Of a stretch of DNA of 64,000 nucleotides, positions 1-9,600 are shown piece after piece. Where the stretch lies: assembly GCA_964372205.1 (NCBI GenBank), contig CAYJQB010000001.1, positions 141,180 through 205,179 on the forward strand, in the 5' to 3' direction. A program made the translations under genes and the position numbers. Each line of letters starts with the position of its first letter. Position 1 is the stretch's first letter. A model generated the notes under the pieces. The model was given only the letters and a program-made list of their open reading frames with translations, was not told where the DNA came from and ran no database searches. Origin of the DNA: Candidatus Woesearchaeota archaeon. Lineage in GTDB: Archaea > Nanobdellota > Nanobdellia > Pacearchaeales > GW2011-AR1.

Positions 1-692
1 AGTCTTTCTTTTTCATTAAATCTTTCAATAGAATACCTAAGAGTAGTTCTCGGAATATTATCATAGTTTTCTTTTAAGAATTTTTTCAAGACTTGTTCAT
101 CTCTCTTTCCAACCTCTCTTAACATCCAACCGATTGCCTTATGGATAAGGTCATGCTTATCAGATAGAAGCATTTTAGAAATCTTGAGAATCTCATCAAA
201 TTCATTTTGTCTTATGAATGCAAATGTAGATACTACTGCTATTCTCTTTTCCCATAAGTTTGTTGATTCAGCCAACTTTTTCAATAGTACTCTGTAAACT
301 GGATAATCTTTTCCAAAATGATACAAGAAATCTCCTATAATGTTTGGCGCAGATAAATCAACAAGATCCCAATTATTGATATATCTCGTATTATCGAGGT
401 AAAAATCAAATATTTTCTTTTTATCGTTTTCTTTTTTGTATTTTTCAACCAGAATAAGTAGGGCAATCAATCTTTCTTCATGAAACTCCGATGTCAGATG
501 TTTTCCTATCTCATCAAGATTAATATCCAAAAATTGTTTCGCTATTTTTCTGCTTTGAGGGACAGTAAGCCCAAGAAAAACATCTCCCTCTCCATACTGA
601 CCTTTTCCAGTCTTGAAGAATCTTTGATATATCTTGGCTTTTTCGGGATTAGAATACTTCAGTATCTCCGAGCTTAAATTTTTTTTGTTCAT
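1..692 (-). CDS. alkD: DNA alkylation repair protein (AlkD-like glycosylase), 3' end cut by window edge
   Basis: Not in the ORF track. Manual translation from ATG at 692: MNKKNLSSEILKYSNPEKAKIYQRFFKTGKGQYGEGDVFLGLTVP...NNWDLVD...KAIGWMLREVGK...PRTTLRYSIERF, typical of AlkD-family HEAT-repeat proteins. ATGA overlap with the upstream gene. Confidence 0.9.
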   Translation of the reverse strand, partial: MNKKNLSSEILKYSNPEKAKIYQRFFKTGKGQYGEGDVFLGLTVPQSRKIAKQFLDINLDEIGKHLTSEFHEERLIALLILVEKYKKENDKKKIFDFYLDNTRYINNWDLVDLSAPNIIGDFLYHFGKDYPVYRVLLKKLAESTNLWEKRIAVVSTFAFIRQNEFDEILKISKMLLSDKHDLIHKAIGWMLREVGKRDEQVLKKFLKENYDNIPRTTLRYSIERFNEKER

Positions 693-1219
693 TGTTTTAA
701 TTTGAGCTTAAGTCCCAGAACCTCAGCAGTTTTTCGGACGCTTCTTTCACCCTCCTTTGTTTGAGCCCAAGAAAATAGAATCGGTTTAATTTTTCTGTTT
801 CCAATTATTTTACTTATAGACTTCACTCTTCCTTGAACAGCCAAACCTCTTCCTCGATATTCTTCCTTTATGAAAGAAGAACATAAATATACAGTTTCAA
901 AATTTTCATAGTCTATTTTTGATTTTATTTCTTCACCCAGTTCTTTTTCAGTTATTTTTCCTGCCAAAAATCTATCCATAATATCTTTATTACATGGGAC
1001 AATAAAAGTGAATCCAATAATCTTTCCATCTGCACGGATTACATCATCACACTCCGGGAAACTTCTTAGAAAAAAGTTTTTATTTTCTTCAGAAGCAGGC
1101 ATTCCATCTGGCTTACTTTCCATCTTGAAGAATTCTTCAGCCATTTCAGAACTTTCATCTACATCCTTTCTAGTCAATCTTCCTAAATCCACAGAAAATG
1201 TGATTTTTTCCTTCATCAT
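689..1219 (-). CDS. GNAT-like acetyltransferase-fold protein
   Basis: YLCSSFIKEEYRGRGLA resembles GNAT motif A (R-x-x-G-x-A acetyl-CoA loop). Confidence 0.55.
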   Translation of the reverse strand: MMKEKITFSVDLGRLTRKDVDESSEMAEEFFKMESKPDGMPASEENKNFFLRSFPECDDVIRADGKIIGFTFIVPCNKDIMDRFLAGKITEKELGEEIKSKIDYENFETVYLCSSFIKEEYRGRGLAVQGRVKSISKIIGNRKIKPILFSWAQTKEGERSVRKTAEVLGLKLKLKQ

Positions 1220-1246
1220 GAATTATCCAACTCTTTAATATTTTTA

Positions 1247-1594
1247 TCATCTTCCTTCTCTTGCCCTTTTCATTTCTTCGTATCTTTCGACAACCCTTTC
1301 ATAGGCTCCTGGAGAAAAACCTCTGCCCTCCCTTAACCTCTCCTGTTCAATTTCAGAGAATAATTCTCCCAACATTTTTGGTCTAACAATAAAATACCTA
1401 TCAGGATCACACCAAACACTTATTTTAACACTACCACCTTCCCGGGAGGTTATTCTCATAGGAAGTGCTGAAGAATCAGTAATATCAAAAATCCAAGCCT
1501 CGTTGTCATAGCTATCGGGAATACACTGGCTCAGTCTGAAAACCATTCCGAGATTCTCTTCTCCTATTCCCTCTCTCGCTTTTTTTCTTGACAT
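1247..1594 (-). CDS. hypothetical protein (Arg-rich ORFan)
   Basis: ORF track 1247..1603; ATG at 1594 preferred; TATA-like TTTTATAAAA upstream. Confidence 0.7.
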   Translation of the reverse strand: MSRKKAREGIGEENLGMVFRLSQCIPDSYDNEAWIFDITDSSALPMRITSREGGSVKISVWCDPDRYFIVRPKMLGELFSEIEQERLREGRGFSPGAYERVVERYEEMKRAREGR

Positions 1595-1625
1595 AAAATT
1601 CACTACAAAATATATTTTATAAAAC

Positions 1626-2156
1626 TTATTTCTTCAAAGCCATTCTATGGAACGATTCGCCCTTAGCCTTTGTAACATGCTTCTGAGTCTTAGCAGCAGT
1701 GTCTAGAGCCTTAGTTTGAGCGTCTTGAACAGATTTTTCCTTGGCAACTTCTTCCTTCTTCTCTTCTTCGGTTCTTTCGTCTTTCTTCTCTTCTGTCTTT
1801 ACTTCAACTTTCTTCTTATCAATCTTTTTGTGAAGTCTTTCTTCTCTTGCCTTAGCAAACTTGACTATTGCAGGCATCTCAGCCAACTGAACTCTTACAA
1901 TATCTCCTTCTTTTATTGCTCTAACTTTAATCTTCGAAGGAGGGCTTCTTGCTCCCCTAAACCAGATTTCATTATTGAGATATTTATCAAGCTTTACTTT
2001 ATCCAAGTCTCTATCAACAACTCTCATATGTTTTGCTATAAAACTCTTTATAGTCATCACACTCCTTCTTCCTCTCTTATAATTAGCTACTTTCATCCAC
2101 TCCCTTCTAAGAGGGATGATATATTCTCTTTCAGTTACTGTTTTTGTTTCTGCCAT
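1626..2156 (-). CDS. rpl31e: 50S ribosomal protein L31e with long Lys/Glu-rich C-terminal extension
   Basis: EREYIIPLR, FIAKHM, LNNEIWFRG and PPSKIKVR motifs; conserved S19e-L39e-L31e order. Confidence 0.95.
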   Translation of the reverse strand: MAETKTVTEREYIIPLRREWMKVANYKRGRRSVMTIKSFIAKHMRVVDRDLDKVKLDKYLNNEIWFRGARSPPSKIKVRAIKEGDIVRVQLAEMPAIVKFAKAREERLHKKIDKKKVEVKTEEKKDERTEEEKKEEVAKEKSVQDAQTKALDTAAKTQKHVTKAKGESFHRMALKK

Positions 2157-2158
2157 TT

Positions 2159-2359
2159 TTAACCTAGATGATTCTTGTTAGCCATTCTTGGCTTTATTTT
2201 AAGTTTTGTCTTTCTCCACTGTCTTCTTATCTTAGTCATTTCTGACATATGTCTTTTCTTTCCAGGACCATATTTTTTGATTACTGCCCAAACAGGAGCC
2301 CATTTTGTTCTTCTTCCATGCACAGCAAGTTTAACCTGCTTTTGATATAGCTTAGTCAT
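2159..2359 (-). CDS. rpl39e: 50S ribosomal protein L39e (divergent)
   Basis: APVWAVIK and RRQWRKTKL motifs; lies between S19e and L31e; start taken at ATG 2359. Confidence 0.85.
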   Translation of the reverse strand: MTKLYQKQVKLAVHGRRTKWAPVWAVIKKYGPGKKRHMSEMTKIRRQWRKTKLKIKPRMANKNHLG

Positions 2360-2360
2360 C

Positions 2361-2777
2361 TTATTTAGCCTCCACAACACTTTCAAGAAATTCTATTCCC
2401 TTTGTTGTCAATTTTCTTCCAGATTTTTTCTCTTTAACTTTCTCAACAAGTCCTGCACTTTCTGCCTGCTGAAGAATCTTTCTCACAATGCTTCCAGAAC
2501 CCTTTACAAACTTCGAAGGCTGGCTCCCTCTATTTTTTCTTCCACCATATCTAGTTCTCAGTCTCTCAACACCAACAATCTTTCTAATATAAATCTGTCT
2601 TAGAATACTAGCAGCTCTCTTATACCAAAAATCTTCTTCATTAATAGGCCTTGCTTTACTAGCTCCACTCTTTACATAATTTATCCATTCAGGACCTTCA
2701 AAACTTCCCTCTTTCTTCAAAGCTTCTGCTAAAAGAGTATTATACTTTCCAGCTTCAGTCTGTCTAATGTCTGTCAT
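2361..2777 (-). CDS. rps19e: 30S ribosomal protein S19e
   Basis: PEWINYVKSG, WYKRAASILR, YGGRKNRG, GSIVRKILQQ, GRKLT. Confidence 0.97.
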   Translation of the reverse strand: MTDIRQTEAGKYNTLLAEALKKEGSFEGPEWINYVKSGASKARPINEEDFWYKRAASILRQIYIRKIVGVERLRTRYGGRKNRGSQPSKFVKGSGSIVRKILQQAESAGLVEKVKEKKSGRKLTTKGIEFLESVVEAK

Positions 2778-2818
2778 CGTAATTAGTAGTCATACTTAAA
2801 AAATAGCCCTTATAAATC

Positions 2819-3052
2819 TTACTTCTCCTTTTTTCTAGATCTCCTCATGACTACTGTGAACCCAATAATAGTATATTTGTACTCTCCAGGGAGCTTGTCA
2901 GCTATTTCCTGAGCCATTTCTTTGATAATCTCTCTATCTCTTCCAGAGCCTTTCAGAAAAGCTATTCTTATAGACTTATGAGTTTTGAATGCCAAAGCAA
3001 GGCTATCGATTGCACCTTGAGTGACTCCAGCTTTTCCTATTTGAAATTTCAT
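2819..3052 (-). CDS. YhbY/CRM-domain RNA-binding protein
   Basis: QIGKAGVT and IIGFTVV (CRM features); usual neighbour of rps19e. Confidence 0.85.
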   Translation of the reverse strand: MKFQIGKAGVTQGAIDSLALAFKTHKSIRIAFLKGSGRDREIIKEMAQEIADKLPGEYKYTIIGFTVVMRRSRKKEK

Positions 3053-3633
3053 TTGCAGATTTTTACCCCTCCTGCAGGTAGAGCAGCAAGAAGCTCTTCA
3101 GGATTAAAATCATCATCCAGCTCTATATTGAACTTTGCTATCATATCTCTCTTGTCAATTTTTCCAGGACAAATGTAGAGTAAAATATCTTTTTTCTTCA
3201 CGCTCGCTTCAGGTACAGCTCTCAAAACATTTTCCTGTCTTGTAAGTACTAGTTTCAAATCAACTTTAGCATGTTTTATCTTTCCTTTAACTCCCCAGGT
3301 TCCAACTTTCATACTCTTCTCTTTCATCACATCACCGCTCTTGAAAATGTGTATGTCAGTTTTTCTTTTTCCTTCTTTCCAAGCCCTACTAAAACACCCG
3401 CAGAATATAGCACATTCATCAATATCTTTTTTTGCAACATCCTCAATAGGGGAATCAATAACACAGAAAGGACTTCCAGGATGAGAGGTGTGCATAAGGA
3501 TTATTTCTTTCCCAGACCTTTTGACTTCTTTGACAAGTCTATCATTCTGTTCAGCACTCTTGCCTCCAATTACGAGCTTTCCACTAGATGTAAAGAACCA
3601 TTTATACTCCTTATAACTTTTATCAAATATCAT
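3049..3633 (-). CDS. NFACT-R (DUF814) RNA-binding domain protein
   Basis: YKWFFTSSGKLVIGGKSAEQND, HT..PGSPF, FSRAWK. Confidence 0.85.
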   Translation of the reverse strand: MIFDKSYKEYKWFFTSSGKLVIGGKSAEQNDRLVKEVKRSGKEIILMHTSHPGSPFCVIDSPIEDVAKKDIDECAIFCGCFSRAWKEGKRKTDIHIFKSGDVMKEKSMKVGTWGVKGKIKHAKVDLKLVLTRQENVLRAVPEASVKKKDILLYICPGKIDKRDMIAKFNIELDDDFNPEELLAALPAGGVKICK

Positions 3634-3663
3634 AGAAAACAGAAAAGAATTCGCTTTTTAAGC

Positions 3664-4236
3664 TTACCTACCGACAATCTCAACTATGAAGAATTCAGTA
3701 TCGTATATCTGATTAGAAGCATCAAATACCTCAATCTTGTAAGACACTTCACATAGAGGAGCTTCATCACTCGGACTTATTTTTATCAAAAGCGTTTCGG
3801 GATCTCCTCCGGGAGTCAAAGTTACTGATCCTGCTCTTCCCAATGAAAGATAATTAGTTGCTCTCGTTATATCCAGCCCCTGACACCCAGTTTCAACTTC
3901 TGAGGCAGCCACCCTATATGTAAATGTTTCACTTGAGCTTGTGCCAGTCTTAGTATTCCTTATTCCAATTGCAATTCCAAAACTTTCTCCTTTCTGGATT
4001 TTAATCTGATTATCTGGAAGATTTACCACAAGTCTTTTAGTGCTATCACTAAACAACTTATTTATTTCAGCTCTCACATTCTCGTTTATGGTATCAACGC
4101 TTTCTGTTGCTCCAGTAAAAATAGTCCTAACAAGAACAATTCCGAGAATAAGCATAGTCATACCAATAACGAGAATAACAATTGTTCCTACAGAAAGTTC
4201 AAGTGCTCCCTCTTTATTTCTTATATTGAATCTCAT
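3664..4236 (-). CDS. type IV pilin-like protein (class III signal peptide)
   Basis: RNKEG/ALELSVGTIVILVI: basic leader, Gly, then hydrophobic helix; beta-rich body with a Cys pair. Confidence 0.65.
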   Translation of the reverse strand: MRFNIRNKEGALELSVGTIVILVIGMTMLILGIVLVRTIFTGATESVDTINENVRAEINKLFSDSTKRLVVNLPDNQIKIQKGESFGIAIGIRNTKTGTSSSETFTYRVAASEVETGCQGLDITRATNYLSLGRAGSVTLTPGGDPETLLIKISPSDEAPLCEVSYKIEVFDASNQIYDTEFFIVEIVGR

Positions 4237-4508
4237 GCTCCCTGAAGACCTGGTAGAATTCCTGCAGCGTATTTAACTGCCCAGATCATTACAATAACTC
4301 CCAAGACAATTCCAATAACATTCAATATCAATCCAGCTTTAGACCATTTATTTTTCATTACCTTAATCTGTTTGAATGTAAAACCAAGTCCAACTAATCC
4401 TAAGATTATTCCGTTTATAGATGTGAATATAATACTAAGGACTCCAAGAACAACTGCAACAACGCCAAAATCATTATTCATTGACTTCATCTCCTCTCTT
4501 TTAACCAT
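4233..4508 (-). CDS. small membrane protein (DUF4190-like)
   Basis: Hydrophobic helices with VLGVLSI and AGLILNVIG; ATG 4508 preferred because the longer ORF runs into tRNA-Phe. Confidence 0.75.
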   Translation of the reverse strand: MVKREEMKSMNNDFGVVAVVLGVLSIIFTSINGIILGLVGLGFTFKQIKVMKNKWSKAGLILNVIGIVLGVIVMIWAVKYAAGILPGLQGA

Positions 4509-4550
4509 TTTATAATTTAGACTTTTTGTTTTATAAATGTTTGTTAAAAA

Positions 4551-4622
4551 TGGGAGCGGAGGGAATCGAACCCCCGACACCACGAGCTTCAGTCGTGTGC
4601 TCTCCCACTGAGCTACGCTCCC
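4551..4622 (-). tRNA. tRNA-Phe (GAA), CCA not encoded
   Basis: Minus strand GGGAGCGTAGCTCAGTGGGAGAGCACACGACT-GAA-GCTCGTGGTGTCGGGGGTTCGATTCCCTCCGCTCCCA folds as a full cloverleaf. Confidence 0.97.
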
Positions 4623-4727
4623 TATATGCTAAAAAGAGAATAAAGGGCTTTTAAAGTTTCCTCAATAGATTTCTATATTGCATTCAAACGCTATAATGCT
4701 TAAAAAAAGAATTTAACTTAAAATAAC

Positions 4728-5336
4728 ATGAATGACAGAGCGATAGAGCCTTGGATGGCTCAAGTTCTAGAGCAGGCAAGACATTTGAGTGTATATTCTA
4801 TTAGTCCAGTACCTGTTACTGAAAAACCTCTGCCTATGAATGGAACTGTATTTACAGCGAGTTTTCCCGAAGGAGCTCGAGGAGGAATAGGTGCAGAGTT
4901 ACTAGTTCATCCATTAGATAATGTATTCAGAAGATATAAAGGGCACGTGAATCTAGGCCGTCCTAATGATTTCATAGAGGATAATAATCTACTCAGAGGA
5001 ATTCGACCAGGTAGTTTCGGGAGATTTGTTATTTCAGATTATGACTTAGGCACAGCTCATTCAGTTACAGATAGAAATTGGTATCATGCAAGATTATTAA
5101 GACTTGCAAACAGAAGTGATATAGGGAGACAAGTAGTAGTAAGCCCAAATGATTTTGAGATGTTAGTAACATCTGCTATAGCAGAAAATCAAAGCCAAAC
5201 AGGTTTCGAGAGAGCACGAATTTTTGATGGAGTTATCAGCGCAGACTATCAGGCATTATTAGAATTGCCCTTGGAAAGAGTATGCAGAGTTTACAAACTT
5301 CTAAAAGGAATTCCCACCGAAGAAGAAAATTTGTGA
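4728..5336 (+). CDS. hypothetical protein (Arg-rich ORFan)
   Basis: 202-aa ORF; TTAAAAAA box about 25 nt upstream; stop codon overlaps the 3' end of rnpB. Confidence 0.75.
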   Translation: MNDRAIEPWMAQVLEQARHLSVYSISPVPVTEKPLPMNGTVFTASFPEGARGGIGAELLVHPLDNVFRRYKGHVNLGRPNDFIEDNNLLRGIRPGSFGRFVISDYDLGTAHSVTDRNWYHARLLRLANRSDIGRQVVVSPNDFEMLVTSAIAENQSQTGFERARIFDGVISADYQALLELPLERVCRVYKLLKGIPTEEENL

Positions 5337-5687
5337 GTCAGGATTAGGCCAGGTTCTGTCAAACTCCGTTTCTTTAGAATCCAATTTTGGACTCTTAGGC
5401 GGACAGTTTGTGCTGACATCTTTCTAAGCGTGCGGCTTCGGCACTTGCATCAGCGAAGGTGCTCGTTTCATCAAATCCATTGCTTCTTAGCTCTCCTCAA
5501 GGTTCATAGCTCAGCAAAGGCTGTGGCGTTTCTGTAACAGAGCTCTGCCTCACGACAGGCCATTTTCATAGCTCGCCCGACGTTATCCTAAGATAACGGA
5601 TGCCCGGACCTTCCTCAGAATTTAGAACTCATGTTTCAGTTCTTGCCAATTCAATGGCCAAATCCCGAAGTCAGCTTCCCGACTCAC
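5333..5687 (-). ncRNA. rnpB: RNase P RNA
   Basis: P1 formed by terminal GTGAGTC/GACTCAC; conserved regions GAGGAAGGTCCGGG, ACAGAAAC, TGAAAC, GCAAG and ACAGAACCTGGCCTA in canonical order; the P4 halves pair. Confidence 0.92.
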
Positions 5688-5737
5688 TTAAAATCTTATA
5701 GAAAAGGGTTTTTAAATATAACTTTCTAAGCAACAAC

Positions 5738-6148
5738 ATGAAACAAGAGGTGCAACCAAAAAAAAGATTATGTAATCTCCTTACAATTGTAATCTTCTTA
5801 ATCTTCTTGGTGATACCTTTAGTTTTCTTTTACGCGCTTAATTTAGAGCAGAACACTGGATTCGGACTTAAAGAAATATCTTCTTCAGTCGCAATAGCTC
5901 TCTTAGTAACTGCTTTTCTTGTATGGATGAAAACTCTTCTAATAAAGAACTCTTATTTGGGACTGGCATCATCATTATTTGCATTGGGAATATTAACTTA
6001 CTCGTTCTGGACTCAATACAGGGGACCTAAAACAGCAATGTTCCTTCTCATTTTCTCAATAGTTTATTTGGTGTATGTAGGTTATTGTTTTTTACACTAC
6101 AGAAAGTTAGACAAGAAAAATGCTTACGATTATGAAGACAATTTATAA
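5738..6148 (+). CDS. hypothetical membrane protein (4 TM)
   Basis: Four hydrophobic segments. Confidence 0.75.
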   Translation: MKQEVQPKKRLCNLLTIVIFLIFLVIPLVFFYALNLEQNTGFGLKEISSSVAIALLVTAFLVWMKTLLIKNSYLGLASSLFALGILTYSFWTQYRGPKTAMFLLIFSIVYLVYVGYCFLHYRKLDKKNAYDYEDNL

Positions 6149-6583
6149 TTCTTCATCTTCATCTTCATCAAAATAGTCTTGTTCGTCAATACCTTTGTCT
6201 CCCCCTAACATTCTCCCAATAGTTTTAATCGCTGAATCTTCTGTACGACCTTCATAGCCACTTTCAAGCTCTACAATCACAATTCCACTACAAAGATGAG
6301 GAGTTATCTGAACAAAGGGGTATAATAAGTCTCCCCTAGATGCTAGGAGATGTCGAGAAAATATTCTTCCAGTATCTCTTGCAATCTGAATATCTCTATT
6401 TCTATTCGATTTATCTGGAGGAAAAAATCTGTCTTTCTCATGTCTCAATGGAGCTGCAAACTCTTCATAAACTCCGGAGGCTCTAATTTCATCAGAAGGC
6501 AAAAGACCTATAAGTCTTCCATCGTACCGATAGTAGGTTATTCTACCTCTTTCATCTACACTTAGGATTTCAACTTCGTCCAT
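6143..6583 (-). CDS. hypothetical protein (Arg-rich ORFan, acidic tail)
   Basis: 146-aa ORF; TTTAAAAC box 21-28 nt upstream of the ATG. Confidence 0.7.
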   Translation of the reverse strand: MDEVEILSVDERGRITYYRYDGRLIGLLPSDEIRASGVYEEFAAPLRHEKDRFFPPDKSNRNRDIQIARDTGRIFSRHLLASRGDLLYPFVQITPHLCSGIVIVELESGYEGRTEDSAIKTIGRMLGGDKGIDEQDYFDEDEDEEL

Positions 6584-6662
6584 AAAATTTACAATTTTAT
6601 CACGTTTTAAACCTATCTACTAGTTAATTTGTAAACATTTTTTATTAAAAAAAACAAATCAA

Positions 6663-6697
6663 CAAGTAGGCAGACACTTTTTATTTCTTAAGATTCT
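6663..6697. repeat. 3' arm of the pre-23S processing stem
   Basis: 6663-6678 caagtaggcagacact is the exact reverse complement of 9835-9850; 6681-6697 pairs with 9774-9790. Confidence 0.85.
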
Positions 6698-9600
6698 AAA
6701 TGTGGCTTTTAGTAGTTGCATGCTTAAACACTCGCCGAAGCTCGCGTCTTACACACCAACTCTATCAACGCAATCTTCTTTTGCGGCCTATGTTGTCTCG
6801 TCTTGCGGATGGCTTCGTGCTTAGATGCTTTCAGCACTTATCCATACAATGCGTAGCTGCGCGGCCTGCTCATAACAACCGCTCACCAGAGGCATCCAAG
6901 TCAGGTTCCTCTCGTACTACTGACTCGTTCCACTCAGACAACTGCGCGCCTAGTAGATATCATACAAACTGTCTCGCGACGTTCTTAACCCAGCTAACGA
7001 TCCCTTTTAATGCGTGAACTCCGACACCCTTGGCTGCCTATACACAGCCAGGATAGGAAGAGCCGACAGCGATGTACCAAACCGCGCCGTCAATATGGAC
7101 TATCGGGCGCGACAAGCCTGTTATCCTTGGAGTACCTTTTCTGTCACACACGAGCCCTATTAAAAAGCTACGTGGGGTCGCTAGGCCCGACTTTCATCTC
7201 TGCATCCCTTGCTGTTCAGAATACAGTCAGACAAGCTTTTGCCCTCGCACTCTACTCCAGATTTCCAACCTGGATGAGCTTGTCTTTAGGCCCTACAGAT
7301 ATCTTTTCTGCAGGGTGCCGCCCCAGCCAAACTGCCCGCCTGCTGCTGTCCCCATGTAGAGTTAGCAACCTCAAGAAAAATGAGTGGTATTACACCGTTG
7401 CTCCGCTTGCCCCAAAAGACAAGCATCGACGCTCCCACTTATTCTATGCACTCTCCTCGAGATCACAACAACAGGTTGCAGTAAAGGTTCACAAGGTCTC
7501 CGCTTCCCACTAGGCGACGATGGCATTTTCACCATCAAGTGTGTTCAGAAGGTCCTGGTTAGGGACAGTAACCACCTCGTTAAACCATTCATGCACGTCG
7601 CCATTCAGACGACAAGGCATTACGCTCATTTGTGTTAACTTTATATCGCTATAAAGATCGGAACATATCTTCACAAACTAATGTGTCGAGCGTATGTCCT
7701 CTGAGGATTCTTCTTTAGAAGTCTTTCCTGCTGATTGTCCGCAATTTTGGATTGTTACACTTTGGTACCAAAATATACTCGGATATTCCAGCATATAGCT
7801 CGATTTTCTCTATTTTGTTTATCTATTTATCAATTATCTATGAAGCCTAGAGCGTACAATTTTACAATTGTCCGTAAGGCAGTTTAGTTGTCTATTCAAC
7901 CTTAAGAGCCTCATAGTTAGGCCCGCCGTTTGGTGGGTCTTAGCTCCCTTGAAAAGAAGTTTGAAACACCACTACTGGGCAGGTCTCACTGAGTATACCA
8001 GTCCTTTCGGATTTGCACTCAGCTACGTTTTTGATAAACAGTCGGGCGGTCCTTGTCACTGCGATCTACAACCGCGCTCTTGCGAGACGGTTATAGACAC
8101 CCCTCATACCGAAGATACAGGGCTAACTTGCCGAGTTCCCTTAACCAGTTTGTCCTTTCACGCCTTAGCCTTCTCAGCTAGAGCACCAGTGTCGGTTCTG
8201 GGTACGGCTACTTACACACTATGCACAAACTTTTCACGGGCCCCCGGAATCAACAAATTTCTCCTGCAATATTCTTCTGCTTCTTATCATTACGATCCAC
8301 AGATTTCTACTGCAAAGCATCCTTTCGGATACCTGCTTATCCCGAAGCGATTTCGTGCACTAAACGTCTGTAAGTAGTTCCGGAATATTAACCGGATGTC
8401 CATTCGCCATGCTCAGTTAAGGCATGACTTAGGTGCCGACTAACCCTTGGTTAAACGATATAGCCAAGGAAACCTTACTCTTACGGCGCTACCCGTTCTC
8501 AGGGTAATCTGATCTTACTTTCGCCAAGATTTTCATTGGATCCCGCTCCACCCTTCCTCGCAGAAAAGCTTCTACGCAGAATCCACGCCTGCCTACCCGA
8601 ACACTCTTACGAGTGCCGGCAAAGTATCGGTAATATGCTTAGCCCCGTCCATTTTCGGGGCCTCAAACCTCAATAGGTGAGCTGTTACGCTTTCTTTAAA
8701 TGGTGGCTGCTTCTGAGCCTACATCCCCACTGTCTCAGGTTTAAGACACCCTTTGTTACACTTAGCATATATTTTGGGACCTTAACTTTGCTCTCCGTTG
8801 TTTCGGTCTTCGAACAGTACCTTACGCACTGCCCGCCACTCTTGTTTTACGCAATCCACAGGTTCAGAGTTGGAAGAGGTTCCGTAATCTTTCGATCCTG
8901 CGAACCCTATCCGTACTTTACCCCGCCAATCAACTAAACAAGGCTATACTGAGGCATATTTCGGCAGGAACCAGCCATCGCCGGACTAGATAGGCTTTTC
9001 ACCCCTAACCGTAAGTCATACAAGTACATGCATATAACACTGCTTCGGCCTTCCATTCTCCTTTCGGAAAACTTCAGCCTGCTCACGATTAGATCGTCCG
9101 GCTTCGGGTCATAACCAAGTGACTTGCGCCCTTTCAGACTCGCTTTCGCTACGGCTTCAATTTAACCTCGCCACTTAGTTATACTCCTTGGCTCATTTTT
9201 CGAAACGCACGTTGCAACACCGTAATGCCGCAACCATCGTGTAACTAGTAGATTTCAAGTCTTTTCAATCTCGTCTAAGAGTACTTTTCAGCTTTCCCTC
9301 GCGGTACTAAGTTCACTATCGGACTTGGATCAATATTTAGGGTTAGGTGTTAATCCACCCATATTCAGACTTCCAATCCAGGAAGCCCTACTCTCTCGAG
9401 CAGCGACATATTGTCTTAAGGTACGGGACTATCACCCTCTGTGATGTGCCGTTCCAGGCAACTTCCCCTCGACAACTTAGCCACTTTACTCACCACATCT
9501 CTGCCTTCTTTTCAAAAGGAGATTCGGTTTGCCCTGTTCCCTTTTCGCTCGCTGCTAATGGGGGAATCACAATTGTTTTCTTTTCCTACCGGTACTAAGA

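Noticed and set aside
4509..4583. N-terminal extension of ORF 4233..4583
   Set aside because: Runs into tRNA-Phe; ATG 4508 with a TATA box upstream fits better
6584..6662. 5S rRNA downstream of 23S
   Set aside because: Short AT-rich gap with no 5S-like sequence; no 5S seen anywhere in the window
7627..7898. Homing endonuclease gene or BHB-type archaeal intron
   Set aside because: Only 272 nt with no LAGLIDADG ORF; the boundaries and P/Q/R/S elements fit group I, not BHB
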